A stretch of DNA of 64,000 nt from the human T2T-CHM13v2.0 reference genome, Homo sapiens: the NCBI RefSeq assembly GCF_009914755.1, contig NC_060931.1. One strand, written 5' to 3'. Positions 62,944 to 64,000 of this stretch are shown one piece after another. Within the stretch, counting starts at the first letter, position 1, and each line of letters opens with the position of its first letter. The notes under the pieces were generated by a model that saw only the letters and a list, made by a program, of their open reading frames with translations, ran no database searches and was not told the origin of the DNA. Position numbers and translations under genes: made by a program.

Positions 62944-63245
<302 letters not shown>

Positions 63246-64000
63246 AGATCTTTGAATAAGTCATCTGAGGAAGTTACCATAGGCCTTCCTTTACTTATTT
63301 TCTAAAGATAACATAATAATTATATTTTTCTTTTATATTACAAAATTAATTTCTGCAAAACAAAGCAGAATATATACCATTTATCACAACTCTTTTCTTC
63401 AACACTGTTTCGTTCTATAAAATGGAAATGAAAGTCCTGTACAATAGCAGTCACTAGCTAGCATCTAATTTAATTATCTTTATAGCATCTTTCATAAAAC
63501 TAAGTCAGTAGGAGGCCATAAACAGAGAATTTAGGAAATTTTATTAATCTCCTGGGTAATAATATAGACATTTTCCTTGAATTCATAATGTCTCAGTGGG
63601 CTTTTGATTAGATATGCAACTCAAGTCACATGGATGATAACACATTGAGAACTTATGGTTGATGTGATCACTAAACATAGACTGTGAAGGTCAACAATTT
63701 TATTGCCAATTCCTCATAGCAGCTCTATCTCTAAAATCATATGTATAATGCAACCAACTTACTCTAATGCAAAATACCCACATTCTATTTTCATGTGTTA
63801 TTTTCTTTTGATTTTTAAAATGTACTAAACCAATGTAAAAATAAAATTATGTATGCTTAGCCCACCTTGGGCAAAAATGCAGTTTTGCCGGGGAGTGAGG
63901 TAGGAGTAGAGAGATGGGTGTCCCGATTAAGAAGAAGATTAAAGGGAGTTTCAGGCAACTCTCTAAGGAAAGTCTATGCTCTACTCCTAAACTTCTCTAA

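Overview
Primate genomic DNA, human or a very close great ape. I recognise it as the 5' end and about 50 kb upstream of FAM3C (ILEI; 7q31 WNT16/FAM3C region). FAM3C is on the minus strand, with a CpG-island promoter and non-coding exon 1 at ~13.1-13.95 kb, a ~13.2 kb intron 1, and a 54-nt exon 2 (272-325) carrying the start codon (MRVA-G...). The rest is repeat-rich non-coding DNA: Alus, L1M/L1PA, L2/MIR, MaLR/ERV LTRs (including a solitary LTR12C and an LTR9-type LTR) and hAT MER elements. There are two processed pseudogenes: an old-type cytochrome c, and RPL18. Notable observations: (1) a twin-primed L1PA inside the RPL18 pseudogene 3'UTR puts the L1 antisense promoter and ORF0 start in front of ORF2, giving an open 124-aa ORF0-RT(FADD) chimera; (2) a ~0.9 kb bipartite VNTR built from hairpin palindromes (17x29 bp + 9x34 bp); (3) several fold-back/template-switch scars in TA-rich DNA; (4) a cytochrome c retrocopy with ancestral residues that stops exactly before Met80, lying divergently next to the FAM3C promoter; (5) a 6-codon uORF 10 nt before the FAM3C ATG. 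Repeat subfamily names come from recalled consensus sequences, not from a search, and boundaries of old repeats are approximate.
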